From NCBI GenBank assembly GCA_039208735.1, contig JBCCQY010000005.1, positions 57,744 through 121,743 on the forward strand: DNA of 64,000 bases, given 5' to 3'. The stretch comes from Myxococcota bacterium. Lineage in GTDB: Bacteria; Myxococcota_A; UBA796; GCA-2862545. Every line of letters begins with the position of its first letter. Within the stretch, counting starts at the first letter, position 1. Shown here in pieces: positions 47,242 through 56,632 of the stretch. The notes under the pieces are model-generated. The model was not told the origin of the DNA. It made no database searches and saw nothing but the letters and a program-made list of their open reading frames with translations. Position numbers and translations under genes: made by a program.

Positions 47242-49740
47242 ATGGGCATCGCCATTGGAAGTTGGACGTGGGACGACGAAACCCGAGAGCTGCGACGAGG
47301 AGACGAGCAGCTTGAGCTGACAAAGCTCGAGCGGGACCTGTTGGCGTTCCTGATCCAGCGTTCAGGTCAGACGGCAAGCCGCGCCGAGTTGCTTCGTGAG
47401 GTCTGGAAGTACGCGCCCTCGGTGCGCTCGCGAGCCGATGCGAAGACGGTCGCCCGTCTGCGCTCCAAGCTTGGTGACGACGGAGCGTGTTTGGTCACGG
47501 TCTACGGTCGCGGCTACCGTCTCGACATCGCGAGTGACGTCGATCTTGTGGGTCGGGAAGACGAGCTGCTGGCAGCTCGCGAGGCGCTCCACCAACACCG
47601 GCTCGTGACCCTCCATGGGGTGGGGGGCGTAGGAAAGACGCGTCTGGCGCGCTCGCTTGTCCAGGGGTGGGCGTCGACCTTGTGGATTCCGGCCCGTGAA
47701 CGAGAGACCGTCGACGCCGTGGTGTTGGGGGTGGCAGGGGCTCTCGAATTGGGTCCGGTCTCCTCTCCCGATGCCATCGATGCCGCGCTGGCCGAAGCGG
47801 GGCGGGTGCTGTTGGTTCTCGACGAGGTTGAACACGTGGTCGAAGGGCTCATGCCGCGGGTTCATCGCTGGCTCGAGCTGGCCCCTGACATCGCCGTGTT
47901 GTTGACGTCGCGGGTCCTCGCCGATGACTCCCCTTGGGTCGCCGTGTCTCCGTTGAGCCCGGAGGCCTCGGTGGAGCTGTTTCAGCGTCGGGCGAGGCGC
48001 GTGCGACCACAGCTCGAGGTCCCGACCGAGCAGCTCGAACCTCTGATGCGAATCTTGGAAGGGGTTCCCCTGGCCATCGAACTCGCGGCCGCGCGGCTGC
48101 GGGTGCTCGATTTGAAGCGGTTGACCGAGCGGGTCCGGCGGAACTTCGAGTTGCTGCGTGACCGAAAACGAAGTCTCCATGCGACGTTGCATTCGTCCTG
48201 GGACTTGTTGCAGCCCGCGGAGCGGGAGGTGCTCGCCGCGGCCTCGCTGTTCCCGGGGTCATTCACCACGGAAGCCCTCGAGGAGTTGGTGGACACCCAC
48301 GACGTGCTCGATGCCCTGGATGGGCTCGTTCGAGCTGCGCTGATCGTGGATGAAGGCGCGCAGTGGCGACTGCTCGAGATGGTGCGGTCGTTCGCGCGGC
48401 CTCGTGTGGACGAGGCTCAAGTCGCGGCGTTCGTCTCTTGGGCCGCCCGGTTGGCCCGCAAGCGCTGGCGAGGTGCGGAGGTCAATGGCGAGCCGGTCTT
48501 CCACGCGCTGGTGCGCGAGTCGTCGATTTTCGATGAGGCGGCTGCACTCTGTACGAACCCCCAAGACCTCGCCTGGCTTGCCTCGGCCCTTGCGTCGACC
48601 GACGAACGTACAGGATGGCGCGTTTCAACCGCCAACGTCCTCGACGCCGTTGACGTCGATGGGATCGATGCGGAGCCGGCCGTGGCCATCTCCCTGATGC
48701 GAGCCGTCCGGTGCTTTGTGACCGGCGTGCCGAGGGACGGTCTGCCTCACGCGCGGAAGGCGTGGGAGCGCGCACAGTCGAGTCAGGACCCGATTCTCCA
48801 AGGCGTAGCTTGGATTCCACTCGTGGGCGGCACGCACTTTGCTCTGGGTTCGGAAGCCGCCGAGCCACTCGTCAACGACCTGACGCAATGGCTCGCCACC
48901 CAGTCGTTGCCTCCGTTTTTGCACGCACGGGTGCTTGGACGAATCGCGGAGTTCGAACGAGCCCAAGGGCTACCCCAGTTCAAGGACCGGGTGATGAAAG
49001 CGCTGGCGTTGTTGGGCGACAGCGATGACTCCAATCTACGGTTTCTTTTGCTCAATTTGCTGGCGCTTTCGTTGAGTCGAGAGGGCCGTGCGGCCGAGGC
49101 CCTTTCCATTCTTCAAGATGCGTTTGCCGGCGCGGTGGAGTCAGGGGCTCGTTGTGCGGTGCAACTGGGACGTATTCTCTCGACGACTCACCTCGCGATG
49201 GGCAACCGTGAACAGGCGCGTGAAGCGGCGCTTTGGGTCACCGAACGTGCTCGCCAGGTCGGCGATGTATTCAACCATTTGGCGTCACGGTTCAACTATG
49301 CCGCCTTGATCGATGAGCCTCTTGAAAAGGAACTCGTGTTCCGTGAAATCAAAGAGGGGAGCATTCGTCATGGCTTGCCTCGTCTCGCCGCCCAGGCCGT
49401 GTTGTTCATTGGGTACATGCGCCATGCCGATGGCCGGCTTGATGAGGCGATTGTGTGCTATCGCGAAACCCGTGAGCTTGGAACCGATGCGCCCCCCATC
49501 GTGACGGATTTTAGCCGCTGTACCGAATCGTTGGCCCTTGCCGAGCAAGGGCAGCACGCTCTTTCGGAACAGCGATGGCGTGAGACGCTCGACGCGGTGG
49601 AGCCGCTCGTCGTCGTAGCGCGGGAGATGACCCGAGCGGCGTTGGACGGCCGCTGGGCTTACCTGGATGAAGAGCAAGCCAACGAACCGCACATGTCGAT
49701 ACGTCAGCTCCTCGACCTGGCGGGACGCCTACGCCCCTGA
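47242..49740 (+). CDS. OmpR-type winged-helix plus NB-ARC-like ATPase plus TPR regulator
   Basis: LT.LE..LL, ELLREVW, LRSKL, TVYGRGYR; LVGRE, GVGGVGKT, VLDEVE, GVPLAIELAAAR; helical C-terminus. Confidence 0.88.
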   Translation: MGIAIGSWTWDDETRELRRGDEQLELTKLERDLLAFLIQRSGQTASRAELLREVWKYAPSVRSRADAKTVARLRSKLGDDGACLVTVYGRGYRLDIASDVDLVGREDELLAAREALHQHRLVTLHGVGGVGKTRLARSLVQGWASTLWIPARERETVDAVVLGVAGALELGPVSSPDAIDAALAEAGRVLLVLDEVEHVVEGLMPRVHRWLELAPDIAVLLTSRVLADDSPWVAVSPLSPEASVELFQRRARRVRPQLEVPTEQLEPLMRILEGVPLAIELAAARLRVLDLKRLTERVRRNFELLRDRKRSLHATLHSSWDLLQPAEREVLAAASLFPGSFTTEALEELVDTHDVLDALDGLVRAALIVDEGAQWRLLEMVRSFARPRVDEAQVAAFVSWAARLARKRWRGAEVNGEPVFHALVRESSIFDEAAALCTNPQDLAWLASALASTDERTGWRVSTANVLDAVDVDGIDAEPAVAISLMRAVRCFVTGVPRDGLPHARKAWERAQSSQDPILQGVAWIPLVGGTHFALGSEAAEPLVNDLTQWLATQSLPPFLHARVLGRIAEFERAQGLPQFKDRVMKALALLGDSDDSNLRFLLLNLLALSLSREGRAAEALSILQDAFAGAVESGARCAVQLGRILSTTHLAMGNREQAREAALWVTERARQVGDVFNHLASRFNYAALIDEPLEKELVFREIKEGSIRHGLPRLAAQAVLFIGYMRHADGRLDEAIVCYRETRELGTDAPPIVTDFSRCTESLALAEQGQHALSEQRWRETLDAVEPLVVVAREMTRAALDGRWAYLDEEQANEPHMSIRQLLDLAGRLRP

Positions 49741-49780
49741 CCTTCCGTGCCTCGTTTGGGACGCCCCTCCCGGCCAATTG

Positions 49781-49802
49781 GGACACCTTTGAGACACTTT
49801 GA
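49781..49802 (+). promoter_or_regulatory. 11-bp-period direct repeat, candidate winged-helix binding site
   Basis: GACAC at 49782 and 49793 (GGACACCTTTGAGACACTTTGA), between the two wHTH-ATPase genes. Confidence 0.4.
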
Positions 49803-49923
49803 TTCGTCAGCTTGAGACTGCTCTATGGGTTGAGATTTCCGCGAGGGACGGCCTCAGGGCTCCCGTTGACTAGCGCCTCCCCCTTGGCACGGGAAAGATG
49901 GACGAACCATTGGGGAGGACGTC

Positions 49924-51270
49924 ATGGACCCATCTACTGGGGACGCAGGGCCGCGTACGTTGTCACTAATCGACGGCGTGGTGGACATCCGGAACCGCAC
50001 CATCGAACGGAGCGGTCGGGAACGGCTGTTGTTGACGAACCTCGAAGCCGATTTGTTGGCCTATCTTGCCGAACGGACCGAACCGGTTCCCGTCCAGCGC
50101 TTGTTGACGGACGTTTGGGGATACCACGCACGGTCGAGGTCGCGGGCGCCCTACACGACGATTCAGCGTCTTCGAAAGAAAATCGAGGTCGAGCCACGGG
50201 AACCTCGACACCTCCGCTCGATTTTTGGGCAGGGCTATGTGTTTGTCGGCGCGCGTTTTGGAGGTCCAGACCAGGGGAATCGGTCTGCGGACGGTGCGTC
50301 AGATGAGCATCCGCTCCATCAGGCGTTTTCTCGCGCCCGGCTGGTGACCGTCATCGGTCCGCCCGGGATTGGAAAGTCCAGGCTCACCCTTGACTACTTC
50401 GAGAGTCAGCCCGGAGCCGCCTGCCGGTTGGTCAACCTTGGGGATGTCAACGAAGAGGAAGTCCTCGCCGATCGGCTTGGAAGCACCTACGGATTGACCG
50501 AGATACACGACCTCTCCACCATGGGCCGAGCGATGGACTTGGTGGGACCTCACACGTTGGTGCTCGATGATGCAGAAGCGATGGTGCCCATGCTTCATCA
50601 CCACGTCGAGCGCTGGTTGTTCGAGGCGCCGGCGATGCGCATCGTGGTGACGTCACGGCGCAGGCTCGCCCTTGCCGATGAGCACCTGCATCGGGTGGGG
50701 CCGTTGGATCTCGATGAAGCCACCACGTTCCTCGAACGCTGCATTCAGCGTACGGAAGGCGTCGCTGCCGCTGTGAACGCCGATCGCGATGCGTTGCGTC
50801 GTCTGGCGCGCGCACTCGACGGGATTCCCCTGTCGCTCGAGATGGCGGCGAGTCGGTTGGTGGTGTTCTCGTTGCAGCAGCTCAACCATCGCCTGCCCAA
50901 CGACACGGCATTGCTCCGCGGACCGTCTCGGGGACGATTTGAAAGCGTGGACGAGGCGGTGGACTGGTCCTGGCGAAACCTGAAGTGCGAAGAGCAGGCC
51001 GCACTGGCCCAGTGTTCGCTGTTTCGAGGCCAGTTCGATCTCACCGCGGCGGAGCGCATCGTGGACTGTGGTTCGGTGCCTGTCGTCGATGTGATGCAGT
51101 CGCTGGTCGAGCATTCGCTGATCACACGTACGCCCTCGGGAGGGTTCGTCTTGCTGCATCCGGTCCGCCAGCGAGCGCTGCGGGACCTGCGTGCGGAGCC
51201 CGTACTGTGGCGGGAGACGGAGGAGCGTCACCGGGCCTCGGAAGAGCCGCGCCGGCAGCTCCCCAACTAA
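49924..51270 (+). CDS. Winged-helix plus NB-ARC-like ATPase regulator lacking a TPR tail
   Basis: LLTDVWGY, RLRKKIE, GQGY; GPPGIGKS, VLDDAE, VTSR and GIPLSLEMAA. Confidence 0.82.
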   Translation: MDPSTGDAGPRTLSLIDGVVDIRNRTIERSGRERLLLTNLEADLLAYLAERTEPVPVQRLLTDVWGYHARSRSRAPYTTIQRLRKKIEVEPREPRHLRSIFGQGYVFVGARFGGPDQGNRSADGASDEHPLHQAFSRARLVTVIGPPGIGKSRLTLDYFESQPGAACRLVNLGDVNEEEVLADRLGSTYGLTEIHDLSTMGRAMDLVGPHTLVLDDAEAMVPMLHHHVERWLFEAPAMRIVVTSRRRLALADEHLHRVGPLDLDEATTFLERCIQRTEGVAAAVNADRDALRRLARALDGIPLSLEMAASRLVVFSLQQLNHRLPNDTALLRGPSRGRFESVDEAVDWSWRNLKCEEQAALAQCSLFRGQFDLTAAERIVDCGSVPVVDVMQSLVEHSLITRTPSGGFVLLHPVRQRALRDLRAEPVLWRETEERHRASEEPRRQLPN

Positions 51271-51875
51271 GCGGGATCCCAGAGCCCTTCCACGATGCGG
51301 CTGACCTCGGCGCGAAAGCCTGGGGTATCAAGCCATTCGGGTTGCTCGAGAGCGGCCTCGTTGAGCACCCACCGCAAGGCACGCATCACCACGAACACCG
51401 CCTGGTCGAGCCGGACCTCATCGGCGAGTTCGGGACGAAGGCCAGGCTCCTGAATGAGCCGGTCTCGAAGCCACTTCGCCATCGTCGAAAACGCCTGACG
51501 GGCCAAGGCATCCCGCTCGATGACGGGCAGACGAGGCAGCAAGGAGGCCAACAGGGCGGCGTTCGCCCGTTGACGCGTGCAGATCGCTTCGATGAGGTGA
51601 GGCACTTGGGGGCGAAGGGGCCCGGGTTCGAGTTGGTCGGCGACCCACGCGAGGTCCTCGGCGAGTGTGCGTTCCACGAGCGCCGCGACCAGCGCATCTT
51701 TGTCAGGAAAGTACTGGTAGAGCGACCCGATCGACACCCCGGCGACTTCCGCCACCCGGTTGGTGGTCAGCGACTCGTCCTGCCGCAGAATGTGAGCCGT
51801 CGCATCCAGGATGGCGCGGACGGTTTCACGAGCACGGCGTTGGCGGGGGACTTTTCGGGGATCGTGTGGCGGCAT
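51267..51875 (-). CDS. TetR family transcriptional regulator
   Basis: PRKVPRQRRA, TTNRVAEVAGVSIGSLYQYFPDK; divergent from the monooxygenase. Confidence 0.93.
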   Translation of the reverse strand: MPPHDPRKVPRQRRARETVRAILDATAHILRQDESLTTNRVAEVAGVSIGSLYQYFPDKDALVAALVERTLAEDLAWVADQLEPGPLRPQVPHLIEAICTRQRANAALLASLLPRLPVIERDALARQAFSTMAKWLRDRLIQEPGLRPELADEVRLDQAVFVVMRALRWVLNEAALEQPEWLDTPGFRAEVSRIVEGLWDPA

Positions 51876-51930
51876 GGATGCGAGCGGTCAGGAGGTTGGA
51901 CTCAGCGTACCTGAGAGGCAGGAGGTCGTG

Positions 51931-53025
51931 ATGATCGGCATAATCGGGGCGGGCCCCGGTGGGCTTGTCGCCGCCGTCGCGTTGCGCCGGGCGGGGTTTG
52001 AGGTGGAGGTGCTGGAGCGCACGCCGGAGGCGCGAGAGGTCGGGGCGGGTCTGACGTTGCAGGTCAATGCCATGCGCATGCTCGATGCGACTGGCCTGGG
52101 CGAGGCCGTCGAAGCCGAAGGGTGGGTGCTTGGTGGGCTCCAGCTGACCCGGCCCGATGGACGGGTGTTGGTTGCGATGCCTTCGAATCGGGAGCGTCCT
52201 GGGGTGGCGATTCACCGAGGTGCACTGTCCCGGGTGCTCATCGACGCGCTACCCGCAGGAACCGTGCGCTACGGCAAGGCGGTCACCGCCGTGACGCCCG
52301 ATGGCACGGTGACCTTTGCGGATGGATCGAACCAATCCTACGACCTGGTGGTTGGGGCAGATGGCATCCATAGTGCGGTACGAACCGCGTTGTTTGGTGA
52401 ACAACGCCTTCGCGACAGTGGCACCATCTGCTGGAGAGGGCTTGCCCGTCTCGAAAGCGAGGCTCCGCTGACCGAGCGTTGGGGTTTGGGGCTACGGTTT
52501 GGCACCGTGCCCGTCGCCAAAAAGCTCGTCTACTGGTTCGCCTGCAGCAAGTCGCCTCGACTGCGTCATGGGGCGGGCATCGCGGAACTGCGAGACGGCT
52601 TTTCCGACTTCGAACCCGAGGTTGACGCAGTGCTTGCTGCGACTCCGCGGGCCCTGCAACACGATCTGTACGATCTCGCTCCGCTCCGCCAATGGACCAA
52701 AGGTCGGGTCACCTTGCTCGGCGATGCGGCCCATGCCATGACGCCGAACCTGGGCCAAGGAGCGGGCCAAGCCATTGAAGATGGGGTGGTGCTGGCCCAC
52801 GCGCTCGCGACGCACGGCATGGATCAGGGACTGGTTGCCTACGAAGCGGTGCGCAAGCCCCGGGCCCGGTCGTTCGTGCAGCGGTCCTGGTGGACGGGTC
52901 AGGTGGCGCAGTGGTCCAATCCGGTGGCCTGCTGGGCCCGCAATCAGCTGCTCGCGTGGACGCCTTCGTTTCTGGTCCAGCGTCAGATGAAGGACGACTA
53001 CGGGGTGTCCGTGCCCCAGCTGTAG
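51931..53025 (+). CDS. FAD-dependent monooxygenase
   Basis: IIGAGPGG, VGADGIHSAVR and LLGDAAHAMTPNLGQG. RBS GGAGG. Confidence 0.92.
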   Translation: MIGIIGAGPGGLVAAVALRRAGFEVEVLERTPEAREVGAGLTLQVNAMRMLDATGLGEAVEAEGWVLGGLQLTRPDGRVLVAMPSNRERPGVAIHRGALSRVLIDALPAGTVRYGKAVTAVTPDGTVTFADGSNQSYDLVVGADGIHSAVRTALFGEQRLRDSGTICWRGLARLESEAPLTERWGLGLRFGTVPVAKKLVYWFACSKSPRLRHGAGIAELRDGFSDFEPEVDAVLAATPRALQHDLYDLAPLRQWTKGRVTLLGDAAHAMTPNLGQGAGQAIEDGVVLAHALATHGMDQGLVAYEAVRKPRARSFVQRSWWTGQVAQWSNPVACWARNQLLAWTPSFLVQRQMKDDYGVSVPQL

Positions 53026-53052
53026 CGAGCTACGAAGACGTCGGGAGTACCG

Positions 53053-53862
53053 ATGCGAGAGCCACACGGTGGGCCGCTTTACAAGATCGTGCCCAAGGCG
53101 GATTGGGACGCAGCCGAGGGCCGCATCCCTTGGGCGCCTATCGATCGGAGCGACGGGTTCATTCACTTGAGTGCCGCTCACCAGGTGCGCGAGACCGCCG
53201 CAAGGCACTTCGCGGATCGTGATGATCTCGTGATTGTGGACATTGATCCCCAGCACATCACTCCCACGACCCTCCGGTGGGAGATCTCTCGTAGCGGCCA
53301 GCACTTTCCGCACGTCTACGGTGACATTCCGCGGGCTGCGGTGGGTCGGGTGACGCCGTTGTCGACGGTGGGTGAGACGGTCCGTGTCGACCCCCACATT
53401 CCCCAACCGTTAGGCGCATCCCCAGATCCTGAAGCGGTGGCGCGCCGTTTGGAGCGTGCTCATGAGGCCTACCTTCGGTCTCATGGCGACGGAGGCACCT
53501 CCCGGCTCATCGTGGCGACACGTTCGCTCGATGCGATCGTCGCGAGCAGCGACCGACCCCTTTCGGTTCACGACGTTTACGTCCGCTGGCTCGACGAACC
53601 CCCGAACTCACCCCACGAAGCGGTACCCGAGTGGCGACCCGCAGGTCCGCAGGTTCGAACCTTCGTGGGGGGAGGGGCGGTCCACATCGATCATGAGGTC
53701 GCCCAGTTGCTTGCATCGCCATCGGGAACGGTGCTTGAACCACTGGCCATGGCGTACGCCCTTGGTTGTCGTCTGGCGACGCTCGCCGTCCCTTCCGACG
53801 AACCCGCTCCGACCGAGTCAGGCTTTAGGCTGAGCCACGTACGCCTGACATTCGGTGGTTGA
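53053..53862 (+). CDS. DUF952 domain protein with C-terminal extension
   Basis: LYKIV...W, DRSDGFIHLS..HQV, LRWE and FPHVYG, followed by about 150 aa of unassigned sequence. Confidence 0.8.
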   Translation: MREPHGGPLYKIVPKADWDAAEGRIPWAPIDRSDGFIHLSAAHQVRETAARHFADRDDLVIVDIDPQHITPTTLRWEISRSGQHFPHVYGDIPRAAVGRVTPLSTVGETVRVDPHIPQPLGASPDPEAVARRLERAHEAYLRSHGDGGTSRLIVATRSLDAIVASSDRPLSVHDVYVRWLDEPPNSPHEAVPEWRPAGPQVRTFVGGGAVHIDHEVAQLLASPSGTVLEPLAMAYALGCRLATLAVPSDEPAPTESGFRLSHVRLTFGG

Positions 53863-53864
53863 GC

Positions 53865-54650
53865 TTAAGGCAGCGCACTTATGACGTCGCCCGAGTTGGG
53901 GCGGCCGTCGGCGATGAGCACTTCGGCCCCTGGGCCGAGGAGCGACAGGCTAGGCAGGCCGATGGAGCCGCCCGGCACGAAGCTTCCACCAACCCCGAAG
54001 CCCGGGTCTGCCACGACGGGGTGGGTCAAACCGAACCGGTCGACCCACTGCTGCAGCTCGGCCTGTGATGGGGGGCTACCACCGTTGTTCTCACCCACGA
54101 GGGTGATGACGATGAATCCCTGATCGCTATATTCCTTGTACAGAGCTTCCAGCTCTGGGGCTTCCGCCGCACAAGGTCCTCACCAGAATGCGGCGGCCAC
54201 GAGCATCACTGCACGATCACAAAAGTCGTGCAGGCGCAGCGTGTCGCCGAACTGGTCCCGAAGTTCGAAGTCGAAGGCCACCGAGCCGACCGTGCTGCCT
54301 GTGCCCGTGAGGTCATTGCGACAGTCCCCAATCGCCCAGCCACCCAGGTATGGGCGATCGTCGGCATTGGTAGGGTCGGTGTTGCCGGCGACTTCTTCAC
54401 CGTCGTTAAAGCCATCGCCGTCGGTGTCAGCCACGGCAGGATCACTGCCGAACGCTTCTTCCTCGGAACGGAGCAGGCCATCACCGTCTTCGTCGGTGTC
54501 GGCGGCTCCGCCGGGGCCGCTAAGGACGTTGTCTTCGATGAACTGGTCCCAGAAATCGCCGTCAATCGGTTCCCCGACCGCGTTCCCACCACCCCCGAAG
54601 AAGCAGCCGCTGGTCAGCAGGAGCGCGGCGACGCCCCATCGTGTCGTCAT
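53865..54650 (-). CDS. Selenocysteine-containing TlpA/AhpC-type redoxin lipoprotein with bacterial TSP3 repeats
   Basis: Lipobox LTSGC; DxDGDG repeats; DFELRDQFG..LRLHDF; AAFW-U-GPCAAEAPEL (TGA at 54180-54182), in frame with 53865..54098; cis-Pro GLP. Confidence 0.88.
54134..54176 (-). promoter_or_regulatory. Putative SECIS element
   Basis: On the minus strand: CCTTGT/ACAAGG lower stem and perfect CAGAGCT [GGA] AGCTCTG upper stem. The loop begins after 29 nt downstream of the TGA. Confidence 0.7.
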
Positions 54651-54725
54651 GACACCTCCCCTATACGAGCACGAAGGCCAGTGTACCCGATTCCTGGGCT
54701 ACCCGATGCAATGGCCCCTTGACGT

Positions 54726-56540
54726 TTACCACCACCGGGCGTTGCGGCCTTCCGTCACCAGAAACGCGGCGGCGCCGACGGTGATCGCGACGATCGCTCC
54801 TCCGGCCACCATCAGCCCACCCGCCGGCCAGACAATCGGGAGGGCGAAGGCGGCAAGATCGAGCACAATGTGCAGACCTACGGCGAAGAGGAACCACGGC
54901 ATGCCCCGGCCTCCGTTTTGCCAGGTCTTGACGGCACGCCACACGAGGAGCGTGAACCCGACGTGAACGAGGAGGAGCGCCACACGAGAAATGCCCATCA
55001 GGACGTGGCCCCACGGCTCCATCACCGCGCCTTCGGGCAGCGGCGTGCCACTGGCTACGGCAAGCAGCCCGAACAATGCAGGAAGGCCAAAGAGCACCGC
55101 CTCCACGCCGCCGTGACCGATCCCCAGCACCACCGCGAGGTTCCAACCGCTCTGTGGGCGGCGATTGGAAATGCGCCGGTAGAGGAGGGCTCGGCTTGAT
55201 TCTTCAACGACTCCGGCGGTCAGTGACAACGCGATGGCCCCGACGAGGGGGCTGGTACCCAACGCTTGGCCCGCCGCCCACGGCACGGCCATAAGGAAGG
55301 GTGCGGCAAGCAGCCATGAAACGGATCCCAGGGCGACTTGGCTCCGTGGCACGCCAAGTACGGGCGGGACGATCCATGCGAGCAAGAGTGGGACTCCGAC
55401 GAAGCCCAGCGCTTGGACGATGAGGGCCGCCGTCAACGCATCGAGGTGTCCCGACGCGACCAGTCCTCCCAACGCACCCCCCAGTCCGCCCGCACTTCCC
55501 CCCAACAAACCCACCAGGCTCCACGCCGATTGCCGGCGGTGGCGACGCGGGGCCTCGACGGGATCTTCTTCGATCTCGGCCGCATACCGAGGCGCGAGAA
55601 TGCGGGGCAGCCACACCCGCTGATTGAGCCACAACGCGCCGAGGAGCACGATCATGCCTGTGAGAACACCCGGAATGGGTTCGAGCAGGGTGAACGAAGC
55701 CCCCGCAATGGCGACGGCAAGCGCGTTGGCCCCGGCAAACCAGCGAAGCTGGCGACGTTCCTCCGGCGTTCGCGCCCCGTGGCGAACCCCTTGGTAGCCG
55801 GCCCATACGCCGATCAATCCAAATCCCGTGCCCAACAAGGCACCCGTGCCGACCACCTTGGCCACACCGAGGCCCCCACTGGCCGCCATGGCGGTCGATG
55901 GCGATGCCGTGGCGAGGGCGGCCCCCACTGTAGCGAGGAACGCAGTGCCCGGAGCGGTCTGGGTGAGGTGCTCGCCAAGGCGCTGAAGGACGTCTTCGCG
56001 CAGAAGGGCGCGAGCCCGCGACAGTCGCTTGCGGACGGTGGGCTCCTGCAGGTCGAGCAGATCAGCCACTTGCTTGACCGAACGGCCTTCCCGGTAGAAG
56101 AGCGTGAGCACTTCCCGTGCGTCGACGGGCAAGGTCTCGAGTGCCTCGTCGAGGGCCTGGGCCCGCTCATGGGCCGCCAGGGCTTCGTCGGCGCCGGGTG
56201 TGGACTCCGAGGGTTCTTGCGTGGCGGCTTCGATCAGGTGGCGATGTCGGATGTGCTTTCGCAGGTGGTCGGCAGCCCGATTGCGGGCCAGCTGACGAAG
56301 CCATCCCCGGAAGCTCTGGGGGTTGCGAAGCTTCCCGATGCCGCGCCAGGCTTGCAGAAACACCTCCTGCGCGACCTCTTCGCTCGCCTGCACATCGCCA
56401 ATCGCCGACAGCACGACGCTGCAGACGAGGTTCGCGTGTTGGGCCACGAGGCGAGAGAATGCGCCTTCGTCACCGTCGGCTGCCGCACGAACATCCATGG
56501 TCAGAGGATGGGCCAGCGTGGGCTCGAACGTGGTGGACAT
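54726..56540 (-). CDS. ECF sigma factor fused to TM helices and a YhfC/PrsW-like intramembrane glutamic protease
   Basis: Sigma region 2 (EEVAQEVFLQAW...FRGWLRQLARN) and region 4 (LP...REVLTLFY...TVRKRLSRAR); C-terminal AGVVEESSR, GIGHGGVEA, LVH and GLH. RBS AGGAG. Confidence 0.8.
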   Translation of the reverse strand: MSTTFEPTLAHPLTMDVRAAADGDEGAFSRLVAQHANLVCSVVLSAIGDVQASEEVAQEVFLQAWRGIGKLRNPQSFRGWLRQLARNRAADHLRKHIRHRHLIEAATQEPSESTPGADEALAAHERAQALDEALETLPVDAREVLTLFYREGRSVKQVADLLDLQEPTVRKRLSRARALLREDVLQRLGEHLTQTAPGTAFLATVGAALATASPSTAMAASGGLGVAKVVGTGALLGTGFGLIGVWAGYQGVRHGARTPEERRQLRWFAGANALAVAIAGASFTLLEPIPGVLTGMIVLLGALWLNQRVWLPRILAPRYAAEIEEDPVEAPRRHRRQSAWSLVGLLGGSAGGLGGALGGLVASGHLDALTAALIVQALGFVGVPLLLAWIVPPVLGVPRSQVALGSVSWLLAAPFLMAVPWAAGQALGTSPLVGAIALSLTAGVVEESSRALLYRRISNRRPQSGWNLAVVLGIGHGGVEAVLFGLPALFGLLAVASGTPLPEGAVMEPWGHVLMGISRVALLLVHVGFTLLVWRAVKTWQNGGRGMPWFLFAVGLHIVLDLAAFALPIVWPAGGLMVAGGAIVAITVGAAAFLVTEGRNARWW

Positions 56541-56632
56541 CGTTGACTCCTGTTCGTTGCCCACCAAGGCGCTCGAGTCTCGAAAAGGTGACCGGGTCTA
56601 CCCAAATTGGTTCGATGGGAGCGTCGAACCTA

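Noticed and set aside
14826..54182. Four TGA-interrupted genes as pseudogenes, or as a reassigned genetic code (UGA=Trp/Gly)
   Set aside because: All four TGAs fall at catalytic Cys sites and have downstream hairpins, while many other genes here end normally at TGA.
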